From assembly GCA_963841435.1 (NCBI GenBank), contig CAWJCS010000006.1, positions 96,001-160,000 of the forward strand: a stretch of 64,000 nt of DNA, written 5' to 3'. The notes below the pieces were generated by a model, which saw only the letters and a list, made by a program, of their open reading frames with translations, made no database searches and was not told where the DNA came from. The stretch is from an uncultured delta proteobacterium (GTDB lineage: Bacteria > Myxococcota_A > Polyangia > Polyangiales > Polyangiaceae). Position numbers and translations under genes: made by a program. Positions 30,309-39,877 of this stretch are shown one piece after another; the stretch's first letter is position 1; each line of letters starts with the position of its first letter.

Positions 30309-31532
30309 ATGCGTGCACTCACTTTCGTTTCCTCCACCGTGACCTGCCTCGCATTGGGCGCTGGCCTCGCGACGCTCTCCTGCGGCGACTCGAGCACCGA
30401 TCAGGGAGGATCCGGAGCCTCCGCGGGCACGGACGCAGGCGGCGCCGGTAACGCGACGGGGACGGGAGGCTCGTCGGCTGCAGCTTCCGGTGCGGGTGGT
30501 GCATCGGGGACGTCGGGCGCCGGCGGTACCGTGATGGGTGAAAGTGGCGGCAGCGGCGCGAGCGCTGGGGTGTCCGGCGCGAGTGGCGCCGCCGCGGGCA
30601 TGGGCGCAACCGGTGGCGGCGCGACCGGCGGGTCCGCAGGCTCCATGCCCGACGCCGGCAACGGCGCGGGCGGCGACGCGATGGCAGGGTCGGGCGCGGG
30701 CGGCAGCGCTGGACAAGCCTCCGGTGGTGACGCCGGCACGTCTGCGGCGGGCGGGGCGGCGGGCGGGGGCGGCGGACTGCCCGGCGCAACGCCGAGCGAC
30801 GGCTGCAACATGGCGGCTCCCGCGACCGGACCACGATCGATCGACGTGGGCGGCGCGATGCGCGACTACATCTTGCGCCTGCCGGATGGCTACGATCCCG
30901 CCGTGCCCCATCGCATCATCTTCGCGTTCCATGGCGGGTCCGGGTCCGCCGTTCAAGTCGACAACGGTGATCCGGCGAACACCGCGTCTGATCCCACCGG
31001 ACCCTACTATGATATCATGGACGAATCCGTCGATACGATCTTCGTCGCGGGTCAGGCCGACGGCACGTGGGACACGTCGAGCAGCAAAGACGTTAACTAC
31101 GTCAAAGCGATCGTTGCCGAGCTCGAGAGCACGCTGTGCATCGACACGAGCCGGATCTTCGCTACCGGTTTCAGCATGGGCGCGCTCATGACGATCAACA
31201 ACGTCGGCTGCAAGATGGCGGATGTCTTCCGCGCCATTGCACCGATGTCCGGCGCGCTCACGACCTGTCCGGGCGACGCCGCGATCCCCTACTGGTCCTC
31301 CCACGGCACGAGCGACACCACCATCGACATCAGCCGTGGCGAAGAGGCGCGCGATGAGTTCGTCAGCCGCAACGGTTGCGACGACACGACCGTGGCCAGC
31401 ACCCCCCCGGGCTGCGTCACCTATCAAGGCTGCAACGAGGGCTACCCCGTGAGCTTTTGCCCGTTCGACGGGGTCCACCAGCCGCCGCCTTTCTCGGGGC
31501 CCGCCATCTGGGCCTTCTTTTCTCAGTTCTGA
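30309..31532 (+). CDS. Feruloyl-esterase/PHB-depolymerase-like hydrolase, tandem paralog
   Basis: PSDGC, RDYILRLP, FATGFSMGA, HGTSD, DGVH, WAFFSQF. Confidence 0.85.
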   Translation: MRALTFVSSTVTCLALGAGLATLSCGDSSTDQGGSGASAGTDAGGAGNATGTGGSSAAASGAGGASGTSGAGGTVMGESGGSGASAGVSGASGAAAGMGATGGGATGGSAGSMPDAGNGAGGDAMAGSGAGGSAGQASGGDAGTSAAGGAAGGGGGLPGATPSDGCNMAAPATGPRSIDVGGAMRDYILRLPDGYDPAVPHRIIFAFHGGSGSAVQVDNGDPANTASDPTGPYYDIMDESVDTIFVAGQADGTWDTSSSKDVNYVKAIVAELESTLCIDTSRIFATGFSMGALMTINNVGCKMADVFRAIAPMSGALTTCPGDAAIPYWSSHGTSDTTIDISRGEEARDEFVSRNGCDDTTVASTPPGCVTYQGCNEGYPVSFCPFDGVHQPPPFSGPAIWAFFSQF

Positions 31533-31814
31533 ATCGACGCGGGTCCCGGCCAGCGGAACGGCGGGTTTGAGCAGAAACGCTCACGACGCTCTCGACCCGT
31601 GAGCCGCTCGTCGGAACCGAGACGTCAACGTCGCCAAGCCGACCGGGCGACGCGACCGAGCCCCCGTGCTGGAAGTCTGCGTTCGGGGTGGAGTCGAAAA
31701 CGGGTTATGGCGATCGATTGAAAGCTTCGTGCCGGCATGGGCGGCTACCCCTCGACATCCAGCAGTGGAGCCGTTTCGTTCGCGCGCGGCGGTCGAAGCG
31801 GGGTGGCGCGGTCG

Positions 31815-31866
31815 GTTTCCACCGTCGCGGCGTCGCCGCTCACCGGTGCCCGCCCCCCGCTCGCCG
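31815..31866 (+). promoter_or_regulatory. Putative LytTR-binding direct repeats
   Basis: GTTTCCACCG / CCGCTCACCG / CCGCTCGCCG at 31815, 31836, 31857 (21-bp period) upstream of the operon encoding a LytTR regulator. Confidence 0.55.
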
Positions 31867-31949
31867 AAGAGTCAGCGCGACGGGGCGGCAAATCCGTAGG
31901 TTGAGCTCACGAAGCCGCCGCACCCCACGCGGCGCTTCCGGAGGCAACC

Positions 31950-32363
31950 ATGGAAACAGAACGAACAGGATGGGAAGAGGAACCGTTGGGCGAGCGCCGC
32001 ACGCAGGGCCGAAAATTCGTCGATGCGGACGAGGAATCGTTCGAGCGCGGCGCGGCGCTCGACGGGCTGAAGATCCGCGTGCGCTCGCAGCGATTTCGGG
32101 GAGGGCGGCTCACGGCCGTGCTCTCGAGCGTGACGGTCGACTTGCGTGACGCGGTGCTGAGCCCGGACGGAGCGACCATCTCCGTGCAATCGGCGATGAG
32201 CGGCATCGACATCCTGGTTCCGAGTGACTGGGAGGTCGTGTGCGACGTGGACGGGATTTGCGGTGCCGTGGACGACGGACAGTCGGCGCCCGGCGGTGCA
32301 CGATTGGGGCCGCGCCTGCGCGTCACCGGGACGGTCGTGGCCGGCGGGCTCTCGCTGCGATAA
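31950..32363 (+). CDS. LiaF C-terminal-like (DUF2154) protein
   Basis: VTVDLRDA, GIDILVPSDWEV, LRVTGTVVAGG; GGAGG RBS. Confidence 0.8.
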   Translation: METERTGWEEEPLGERRTQGRKFVDADEESFERGAALDGLKIRVRSQRFRGGRLTAVLSSVTVDLRDAVLSPDGATISVQSAMSGIDILVPSDWEVVCDVDGICGAVDDGQSAPGGARLGPRLRVTGTVVAGGLSLR

Positions 32364-32372
32364 GGGCGAGCC

Positions 32373-33134
32373 ATGCACGGGCACCACCACCACCGCCACG
32401 GGCTCTTCCCGGGGCTCCTGCTCTTGACGCTCGGAGCGGGCCTTTTCGCGCGCGAGTTCGGCTGGTTGCCGGCCACCGTGCGGCTGGTCGACTTCTGGCC
32501 GATCCTGGTCGTCTTCGCGGGCCTGTTCAGCGTGCTTCGGGGGCGCAGCGTGGTCCGCGTCTTCTTCGGGCTCGCCTTCGTGGGTCTCGGCAGCGCTCTC
32601 CTCGCGGGTAACCTCGGGCTTCTGACTTTCCCCGCGGCGCGGCTCTGGCCGGGCCTCGTCGTCCTGCTCGGGCTCGCTTTCCTGGTCGGCAGTTTTCGCC
32701 GGCATCATGGCGGGCCACCCCACCGTCCGCCCGGCGGCGCGTCGGCGGCGGGGTGGGAGGGGCCGCGGCACGGGCCGTACGGCGCCGTCACCACCGAAAA
32801 AGACACGCTGAGCCGGCAGGTCACGTTCTCGGGCGCGCAGTATCGGGTCGAATCGCAGGCGTGGAAGGGAGGAGAGCTCGGCGTCACCTTGGGTGGCGTC
32901 GAGCTCGACCTCCGAAATGCCCGCCTCGAGCCCGAGGGGGCGCAACTCGACGTGCACGTGCTGATGGGTGGGCTCGACATCCGCGTGCCGGATACCTGGC
33001 AGGTGAGCTGCGACGTGGCGCCGATGTTCGGGAGCGCCGAGGACGGGACGCGCTCGACGCAGGGGTCCACCAACGCGCCGCGGCTCCGCGTCACGGGCTC
33101 CGTGACGCTCGGCGGCGTGAACATCCGAAACTGA
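32373..33134 (+). CDS. LiaF-like membrane protein (TM region + DUF2154)
   Basis: Four TM segments with FWP/LWP; GGVELDLRNA, GGLDIRVPDTW. Confidence 0.85.
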   Translation: MHGHHHHRHGLFPGLLLLTLGAGLFAREFGWLPATVRLVDFWPILVVFAGLFSVLRGRSVVRVFFGLAFVGLGSALLAGNLGLLTFPAARLWPGLVVLLGLAFLVGSFRRHHGGPPHRPPGGASAAGWEGPRHGPYGAVTTEKDTLSRQVTFSGAQYRVESQAWKGGELGVTLGGVELDLRNARLEPEGAQLDVHVLMGGLDIRVPDTWQVSCDVAPMFGSAEDGTRSTQGSTNAPRLRVTGSVTLGGVNIRN

Positions 33135-33158
33135 GCGGCTCCGAGCCGGCGCAACGCC

Positions 33159-34254
33159 ATGCATCCCCTGCTTTCCCAACGCCGTTCGCTCGCCGCGTAC
33201 CTCTTCTTCTGGGCGGATCTTTCGGCCGTGCCGTACCTGGTGCTGCGCTCGGAAGCCGGGCTCGGTGCCTTTCTGGTGTGCTTGATCGCGAGCTGGGTGT
33301 TCGCGCTCGCCACCCTGTTCGACCTTTTACCTCTGCCGCGCGCTTCCGCTCGCGACGCAACAGCCCCTGCGCCTCGTCGGAAGCCACGCCGTGGCCGGAG
33401 CCTTGTGGAGCCTCGTCTTCTTGCTGACGGCGAAGCTCGCTGCCGAGACGCTTTCGCTCGTGCCGGCGTGGCGCGACCTGCCCAAGGACGTGGGCACCGC
33501 CGAAAGCGCGCTGCTCGCGGTGGGAGCACTCTTTTACCTCTTGGTCGCGAGCTTTTCCTACGTGCTCGCCGAACTCGAGACGAAGCGTGACGCGCTCGAG
33601 CGCGAGGGCGCGCTCGCGCTCAGCGCCCAGCGCGCCGAGCTTGCCGCCCTGCGCGCCCAGGTCCACCCGCATTTTCTCTTCAACAGCCTGAACACCGTCA
33701 ACGCGCTGATTGGCTACGATTCGGAGAAGGCGCGAAGGGCGTGCGTGCTGCTCGGCGAATACCTGCGCGGCACGCTCCGTGGCCAGGACCACGCGCTCGT
33801 GAGCTTCGCAGAGGAGTGGGCGCTGTGTGAGCGCTTTCTCGGCGTGGAAGCCCTGCGCCTCGGTGAGCGCTTGCGGGTCGAAGCGGACATCGAGCCTCGA
33901 GCACGGGACTGTCTCTTGCCGTCGCTCTTGCTCCAACCGCTCGTCGAGAACGCCGTGACGCACGGCATCGCTCCCTTGGACACACCGGCGCCGTTCCGCG
34001 TGCGTGCGCGGCGCCATTCGGGCCGGCTCGCCCTCGAGCTCGAAAACGGCCTCGACCCGGCGCCACGCCGCAGCGACGGCGGCCTCGGGCTCGCGAACGT
34101 CAGGGCGCGTCTCGCGGCGCAGTACGGGGCGGACGCCACCCTGCGCGTCGAGTCGGATGCCGAGCGCTTCCTCGTCACGCTCGATCTGCCTGCCGAGTCG
34201 CCGGAGCTTTTGCCAGCTGCTAGCCCGGCCCGAGAAGGGTCCCCGCCGTCGTGA
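33159..34254 (+). pseudogene. LytS-type sensor histidine kinase; +1 frameshift near 33318
   Basis: LRAQVHPHFLFNSLN, LQPLVENAVTHG, GLGLANVRARL; removing one T gives TLSTFYLCRALP and joins the N-terminal TM ORF. Confidence 0.85.
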
Positions 34255-35006
34255 AGCCGCCCGCCCCACGCCGTGTCGTCATCGCCGACGACGAGGAGCC
34301 TGCGCGCCGCCTGCTCGCCGAGTACCTTTCGGCCCATCCTGACTGGACCGTCGTCGCCGAGGCCAAGCACGGGCTCGAAGCCGTGCAGCTCGCCAAACAA
34401 CACGAGCCGGATTTGCTGCTCCTCGACGTGCAGATGCCCAAGCTCGACGGCTTCGAGGCGCTGGAGCTCATCGCGCCGGAGATTGCCGTGGTGTTTACGA
34501 CGGCGTTCGACGAGTACGCCGTCAAGGCCTTCGAGGTGCACGCGGTCGACTACCTGCTGAAACCTTTCTCCGCGGAGCGGCTCGGCCAGGCGCTCGAGCG
34601 CGTCGAACGGCGGCTCGGTGAGCGGCGCCCCGTTTCCCCGAGCACGCTGGCTCGGGCCGCGCGGGGTCCCGGCGCCCACCTCGAGCGGCTGGTCATTCGC
34701 GATGGCGCCGAAATTCTCATCGTGCCGGTGCCGAGCATCGACTACGTGAAGGGCCAGGACGACTACGTCGAGGTCTTCCACGACGGCCGCTCGTCGCTCA
34801 CGCAAAAGACGCTGCAGGAGCTCGAGGAGAGCCTCGATCCCGAGCGGTTCGTGCGAGTGCACCGCTCGTACCTTTTGAACGTGAGTCGCGTGTCGCGCAT
34901 CGAGCCCTGGGGCAACAAGAGCAAGCTTGCCGTGCTCGCAGACGGCCGCACGGTGCCGATCAGCCGTTCGGGCGAGGCGCGGCTTCGCGCGGTCCTCGGC
35001 ACCTAA
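34251..35006 (+). CDS. LytTR-family response regulator
   Basis: IADDEE, LLDVQMP, DYLLKPF, FVRVHRSY. Confidence 0.95.
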   Translation: MKPPAPRRVVIADDEEPARRLLAEYLSAHPDWTVVAEAKHGLEAVQLAKQHEPDLLLLDVQMPKLDGFEALELIAPEIAVVFTTAFDEYAVKAFEVHAVDYLLKPFSAERLGQALERVERRLGERRPVSPSTLARAARGPGAHLERLVIRDGAEILIVPVPSIDYVKGQDDYVEVFHDGRSSLTQKTLQELEESLDPERFVRVHRSYLLNVSRVSRIEPWGNKSKLAVLADGRTVPISRSGEARLRAVLGT

Positions 35007-35029
35007 AGCACCGCGCTGTCCGCCCAGCC

Positions 35030-35052
35030 GGCGCGGGTTCCGCGCCCCGTTT
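35030..35052 (+). terminator. Possible intrinsic terminator
   Basis: GGCGCGG-GTT-CCGCGCC hairpin with only a short T tract, after the LytTR gene. Confidence 0.3.
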
Positions 35053-35090
35053 GACCGATTCCGGCGCCCGGAAGCAACTGGACCGATGCC

Positions 35091-36293
35091 ATGCCCACCC
35101 GATCGACGCGCCGTGGACGCTCAAGCGTAGGAGCACGCGCCAATTTTCGCGCCTGGGTGGCTTTCGGCGCGCTGGCCTGTGCCGGCGCCGCGGCCTGCAG
35201 CAGTCCGAGCGATCCGAGCGCGGTCTTGGCGCCATCCGCTGCGACGGGGGGAACCGGGGGCGCGTCGACCGCGACAGGTGGAGCTGGGTCTCCCGAGATG
35301 GCCGGCTCCTCGGGCTCGCCGAGCGCAGGGGCTGCCATCGGCGGAGCAGGCGGGAGCAGCGGGGCCACGGCGGGGACGGGTGCTCTCGGCGGTGAAGCCG
35401 GGGGTGGCACGTCGAACGCGGGCGGCGCGGGCAGCGGCATGGGAGGAGCGCCGGGTGCGGGTGACGCGGGCAGGTCGGGAGCCTCCGCCGGCTCGGGCCT
35501 CGGCGGTGCGGCGGGAATGGCGGGAATGGCGGGCAGCGGCACGACCATGGCGGGTGCAGCCGGAACGGCGGGTGCCGCGGGAGGCGCCGGAACTGCGGGC
35601 AGCGCGGGTACCGCTGGCAGCGCCGGAACGGCGGGAGCCGGCGGTGTCGATCAAAGCACGCTGCCGAACGTCACCCTTCACCTTGCGGGCGACTCCACCG
35701 TCATGACCTACGACCAAGGCTCCGCACAGGAGGGCTGGGGTCAGGAGCTCGGTCAGTTCTTCATCAGCAAGGTGTCCATCGACAATCAAGCGATCGGTGG
35801 GGCCAGCATCCGAACGTTCCAGACGGGCCGCTGGACGAACATCATGAATGCCCTGAAGGCCGGCGACTACGTGATGATCCAGTTCGGTACCAACGACAGC
35901 GGAACGGTCGCCGGTCGTCACGTCGATCCACCCGATTTTTCGCTGGCTCTCACGGAGATGACCGATCAGGTCTCCGCAAAGCAAGCGACGACCTTTTTCG
36001 TCACGCCCTCGGCGCTCCAGGAATGGAGCGGCGGGAAGGAGGGCAACTCTCGGCTCGGCCCCTACGCCGATGCCATGCGAGCCCTCGGCCCCGTGAAGGG
36101 CGTTCTGGTCGACGACCTCAACGCCCGCAGCGTCGAGTTCTTGAACATGATCGGCCAGACCGCCGCGATGCAAATCTACATCAACGGGGACAAAGCGCAC
36201 TTCACGAAGACCGGCGCCACGCAGATGGCAGAGTTCGTCGCACAGGAGCTCGACCGCATCGGCAGCCCGCTCGCGGCGTACCTGAAGCGCTAG
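35091..36293 (+). CDS. Rhamnogalacturonan acetylesterase-like (CE12) SGNH lipoprotein
   Basis: LAGDSTV, QEGWG, GDYVMIQFGTND, DKAHF; lipobox AAAC. Confidence 0.88.
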   Translation: MPTRSTRRGRSSVGARANFRAWVAFGALACAGAAACSSPSDPSAVLAPSAATGGTGGASTATGGAGSPEMAGSSGSPSAGAAIGGAGGSSGATAGTGALGGEAGGGTSNAGGAGSGMGGAPGAGDAGRSGASAGSGLGGAAGMAGMAGSGTTMAGAAGTAGAAGGAGTAGSAGTAGSAGTAGAGGVDQSTLPNVTLHLAGDSTVMTYDQGSAQEGWGQELGQFFISKVSIDNQAIGGASIRTFQTGRWTNIMNALKAGDYVMIQFGTNDSGTVAGRHVDPPDFSLALTEMTDQVSAKQATTFFVTPSALQEWSGGKEGNSRLGPYADAMRALGPVKGVLVDDLNARSVEFLNMIGQTAAMQIYINGDKAHFTKTGATQMAEFVAQELDRIGSPLAAYLKR

Positions 36294-36296
36294 CTG

Positions 36297-36935
36297 TCAC
36301 CTGGGTAAGCCCAGGATGACACAGTGGTCGTCGAAGCATCCCTGGTTGAAATCCGGTGCTTCCGGGATCGCGACCGCGCACTCGGCGCACGCCTCCCCGG
36401 GATCGCAGCGCAGCGCTTCGTAGGCGCCGTCCTTGTCGCGGGCGATGGCGAGGGGCAGGCCGTTCGACTGCGCCGTGCAGCCGCAGCAGCGGTCCGAACG
36501 GAACTTGCAATCGTCCGCGGTCCTGCAGAAGGTCACGTCCGTTTGCGTGAGGTCGACGGCCACGCAGCGGCCCGCTTGGCACGTCGAAAGCAGCGCGTGA
36601 TCCACGCTCGGGTCGCACGCCGTGCACGCCTCGGACCCGTCGCACGACCGAGCTCGATACTCGTCCGCGTACAGGCCGTTCACGGCGACCACTTGCTCGA
36701 GCGAGAACGCGTTGCAGCGGCAGCAGCTCGTCATCGCGAAGACGCAATCCGAATTCTTGGTACAGGCGAGCTCCACTTCTGTGGGGACGCCCGGTGCGCC
36801 CGCGCTGGCAGCCGCCCCGGAAGTGCCTCCCGCGCCTGCGGAAGCAGGCTCGCCACCGCTCCGTGACGACCGTGCGCCGCAGCCCAGGCCCGCAGCGAGG
36901 AGCAGCACGACCGCGAACGATCGCTCCCGAGCCAT
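36297..36935 (-). CDS. Cys-rich lipoprotein with two internal repeats
   Basis: Lipobox GLGC; CTKNSDC...CCRC and CRTADDC...CCGC. Confidence 0.75.
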   Translation of the reverse strand: MARERSFAVVLLLAAGLGCGARSSRSGGEPASAGAGGTSGAAASAGAPGVPTEVELACTKNSDCVFAMTSCCRCNAFSLEQVVAVNGLYADEYRARSCDGSEACTACDPSVDHALLSTCQAGRCVAVDLTQTDVTFCRTADDCKFRSDRCCGCTAQSNGLPLAIARDKDGAYEALRCDPGEACAECAVAIPEAPDFNQGCFDDHCVILGLPR

Positions 36936-36993
36936 CCGGTAAATTCTAGCATGCCGCGCGACGAGCCGAGCGAGCGCGCGGTGGCAGGAACGC

Positions 36994-37905
36994 CTAGGTC
37001 ACGGTGCCAGGGGGGACGTTTTCGGCGCCGAGCCGGAAGATGAGAAAATCCTTGGTCGTGTTCGCGTTGCCGCCGGGCCACATGAACGGGCTGCCCGACG
37101 TGCGATTGGGGTCCCATTCGAACCACATCCACCTGGCGGCGGCGTCGATGTCGCAGGCGATCAAAAATTCGTTGCCCACCGTGGGTTGACCGCGATCGGT
37201 GCTGTTGTCCTCACCGAAAACGACGTACCCGTTCGGCGTCTTCGCGGTGCCGACCCAGCCGGCGCTCGTGGTGGCAGGGTTCCCCGTGCCGCCGTTGCAC
37301 TTGGCGATTTCCGCGTTGATCTCGGCCAGGCTCGGCCCGCCCGAGCCCGGGTCGAAGTCCTGACCGGTGGCGCAACCTTCCCAGGCGCCGTTGCCCGTGA
37401 ACACGGGCAGGCCTCCCTCGCGGGAGAACTTCGCGATCACACCCTGCGTCGTGCTCTTGTCGGCGTAGGTCACGATGTAAAGGTAGCCGCCGACGTTCGC
37501 GTTGGCAGCTGGCACCGTGTACGCCTCGGGCCCCATGCCCACGGGGCAGGAGAAGATGTCCTGGCTGCGCGGGTTCTCGACGCCGCCCTGATAGTTCAGT
37601 AGCTCGGTCGCGGTGCCGTAGCCGAAGCCGTACGCGTTGTCGGCGGTGATGATGACGTTAACGTCGGTCGCAAGCGTCGGATTCGGGCTGGACCCCGCGC
37701 TGCCGCCCCCCGAGCCGCCCCCGGTCGGAATCGGCGTCGTACCGCCCGATGCTCCGATGGAGATGGTGCCGCCGCTGCCGCCGCCGCCCCCCTTGCCGAG
37801 CCCCGTGGCCGAGCCCTGATCGTCCGAGCCGCACGCGGTGGCGAGGCTAAACAATGCCGAGAGGAGCAACGACGCGCGAATCAGAGAATTTTTCAAGGCG
37901 ATCAC
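36994..37905 (-). CDS. Hypothetical lipoprotein with Gly linker and unknown domain
   Basis: Lipobox ATAC; domain begins VIITADNAYGFGYG; GTG start inferred. Confidence 0.7.
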   Translation of the reverse strand: MIALKNSLIRASLLLSALFSLATACGSDDQGSATGLGKGGGGGSGGTISIGASGGTTPIPTGGGSGGGSAGSSPNPTLATDVNVIITADNAYGFGYGTATELLNYQGGVENPRSQDIFSCPVGMGPEAYTVPAANANVGGYLYIVTYADKSTTQGVIAKFSREGGLPVFTGNGAWEGCATGQDFDPGSGGPSLAEINAEIAKCNGGTGNPATTSAGWVGTAKTPNGYVVFGEDNSTDRGQPTVGNEFLIACDIDAAARWMWFEWDPNRTSGSPFMWPGGNANTTKDFLIFRLGAENVPPGTVT

Positions 37906-38069
37906 TTCGGGAGCATCGAGCGTCCCGCAATCCTTGGTTGCGTCCCGATACCCCAAAGCAGGCACGACTTGCCGAGTGGGGCGCGACGGAGCGGCCGGAC
38001 CCAGACCGTGATCGCGGGCGCGGGTTCCAGTGGAGCTGGAAGCGGGAGCTGAGTCACGGCTGCGAGCCT

Positions 38070-39785
38070 TCAGCACCCGCTGTTTTGCGCCAGGGTCGAG
38101 CCGTCCTTGCTCGCGAGGGGCGTCGTGCACGAGCTCGAGCCGCCGCCGCGGACGTTCTTGATGTTGATGTTGCGGAAGGTCGGGGTGCCGAGGGAGCGCG
38201 AGCCGGGGATGGTGGCCGACGCGTAGTTGGTCGTGATGAAAATGTCGTTGCTCGTCCCGGTCCCCGCAACGTCTTCGAACCAGAGGTTCGCGACCTCGAC
38301 GGCGCCGCGACCCGTCGGCGTCTTGACGCGAAGCAGATACTGCACCCCGGTCCACGTCTGCTGGGTGTCGTTGTACTCGTAGACGTTGTCGACCCCTCCC
38401 GAGAGCTCGCTCCCGATGGAAAAACCATGCCCGCCCTGCACCTTGAGGTTGTGGGCCACGATGTTGTGGGAGGGCCGTGCGATGTAAAATCCCGGTTCGT
38501 TGGTGCCCGACTTGATCGCAATCATGTCGTCGCTCGTGTTGAACTTCACGTTGTCGATGAGGACGTTCGTCGAGGAGTCGGGATTGACGCCGTCGCCGTT
38601 CGAGCTGCCATTGTTCGAGCTCACCGTGAGGTTTCGAACGATGACGTTGGACGAGTACAGGGGGTGGATGTTCCAGTACCAGCCACCGTCAACCAGCAGT
38701 CCTTCCAGCATGAAGTTCGTACATCCGTTGCATTCGATGAACGTCGGACGAAGGCCGTTGTTGGTGTGGGCGGTCGGAACTTTCAGGGACGCCATGTTGG
38801 CCAGAGTCGGCGGGCCCGACGTCTTCAGGGCGTCCACGTTGCCATTCATCCACGCGTTGTAGACGGCCGTGGCGGCCGCCGTACCGTTGTTCTTCCAGTT
38901 TGCCGTGCCCCCGCCAAAGCTCGTCCCCGGCCCGTGCAAGGTGCCCTGGCCCGTGATCGCGACGTTGGTCGCGCCGAGCGCATACACGGCCGGCTGCCAG
39001 TTGAGACAGTCGAGTCCTTCCCAGCGCGTGAGAACCGGCGGCTCGTAGTCGCTCGTTGCGGCGCTGAAGCTCAGCACGGCGCCCTCTTCGAGGTGGAGCT
39101 CGATGTTGCTCATGAGCGTGACCGCGCCGATCCGGTACGTGCCGCGCGGAACGTCGATGACGCCTCCTCCCGCGTCGCCGAGCTCGGCGATCGCCTGGTT
39201 CATCGCCGCGCGGTTCGCGGCCGAAGTCCCCGAGGTCATCACGCCCTTCGTCGTAACGTCCACGATACGGCAGGGGATCGTCGGCGGCGTGAACGTGAGC
39301 GAGTCGTCGGGCGCGGCGAACGGCGTCGTCACCGTGACCGGCGCCGTGTCTCGCCACGAGCACGCGTCCGCCGTGGCTCCGCCGTCGCCGCCGGTGCCGC
39401 TCGACCCCGCGCTGCCCGCACGGCCCGCGTCCGCGCCGCCGCTCGAGCCAGCGCCCGAGCCGCCGTCGGTCCCCGAGGCTCCGCCGGGCCCCGTGGCTCC
39501 GCCGCCGCCGCCAGTGCCGTTCGACCCCGCGCTGCCCGCACGGCCCGCGCCCGCGCTGCCGCTCGAGCCGGCGCCCGCGCCCGCGCTGCCGCTCGAGCCG
39601 GCGCCCGCGCCCGCGCTGCCGCCGGTCCCCGATGAGCCGCCCCCCATGCCCGCTCCCGAGGTGCCTCCCGTTCCCGAGCTGCCGCCCGCGGGGCCTCCCC
39701 CGGTGACGTTGTCCACGCTGCACGCGGTCATTGCCAGGCCGACCGCTGCCGCGAGCAAAAAGGTGAAGGTACGCCGATGCAGCAT
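38070..39785 (-). CDS. GH28 polygalacturonase-family lipoprotein
   Basis: NGDGVNPDS, SDDMIAIKSG, GHGFSIGSE, RVKT catalytic motifs; lipobox MTAC. Confidence 0.93.
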   Translation of the reverse strand: MLHRRTFTFLLAAAVGLAMTACSVDNVTGGGPAGGSSGTGGTSGAGMGGGSSGTGGSAGAGAGSSGSAGAGAGSSGSAGAGRAGSAGSNGTGGGGGATGPGGASGTDGGSGAGSSGGADAGRAGSAGSSGTGGDGGATADACSWRDTAPVTVTTPFAAPDDSLTFTPPTIPCRIVDVTTKGVMTSGTSAANRAAMNQAIAELGDAGGGVIDVPRGTYRIGAVTLMSNIELHLEEGAVLSFSAATSDYEPPVLTRWEGLDCLNWQPAVYALGATNVAITGQGTLHGPGTSFGGGTANWKNNGTAAATAVYNAWMNGNVDALKTSGPPTLANMASLKVPTAHTNNGLRPTFIECNGCTNFMLEGLLVDGGWYWNIHPLYSSNVIVRNLTVSSNNGSSNGDGVNPDSSTNVLIDNVKFNTSDDMIAIKSGTNEPGFYIARPSHNIVAHNLKVQGGHGFSIGSELSGGVDNVYEYNDTQQTWTGVQYLLRVKTPTGRGAVEVANLWFEDVAGTGTSNDIFITTNYASATIPGSRSLGTPTFRNINIKNVRGGGSSSCTTPLASKDGSTLAQNSGC

Positions 39786-39877
39786 CCGCCGACTCGCTCT
39801 CACCCAAGGTTGCGGGCGACCCGGAAAATCCTCCGAGAATTTTCGTGCCCCGCCGGGTGAGTGCACCCGCCCTACGT

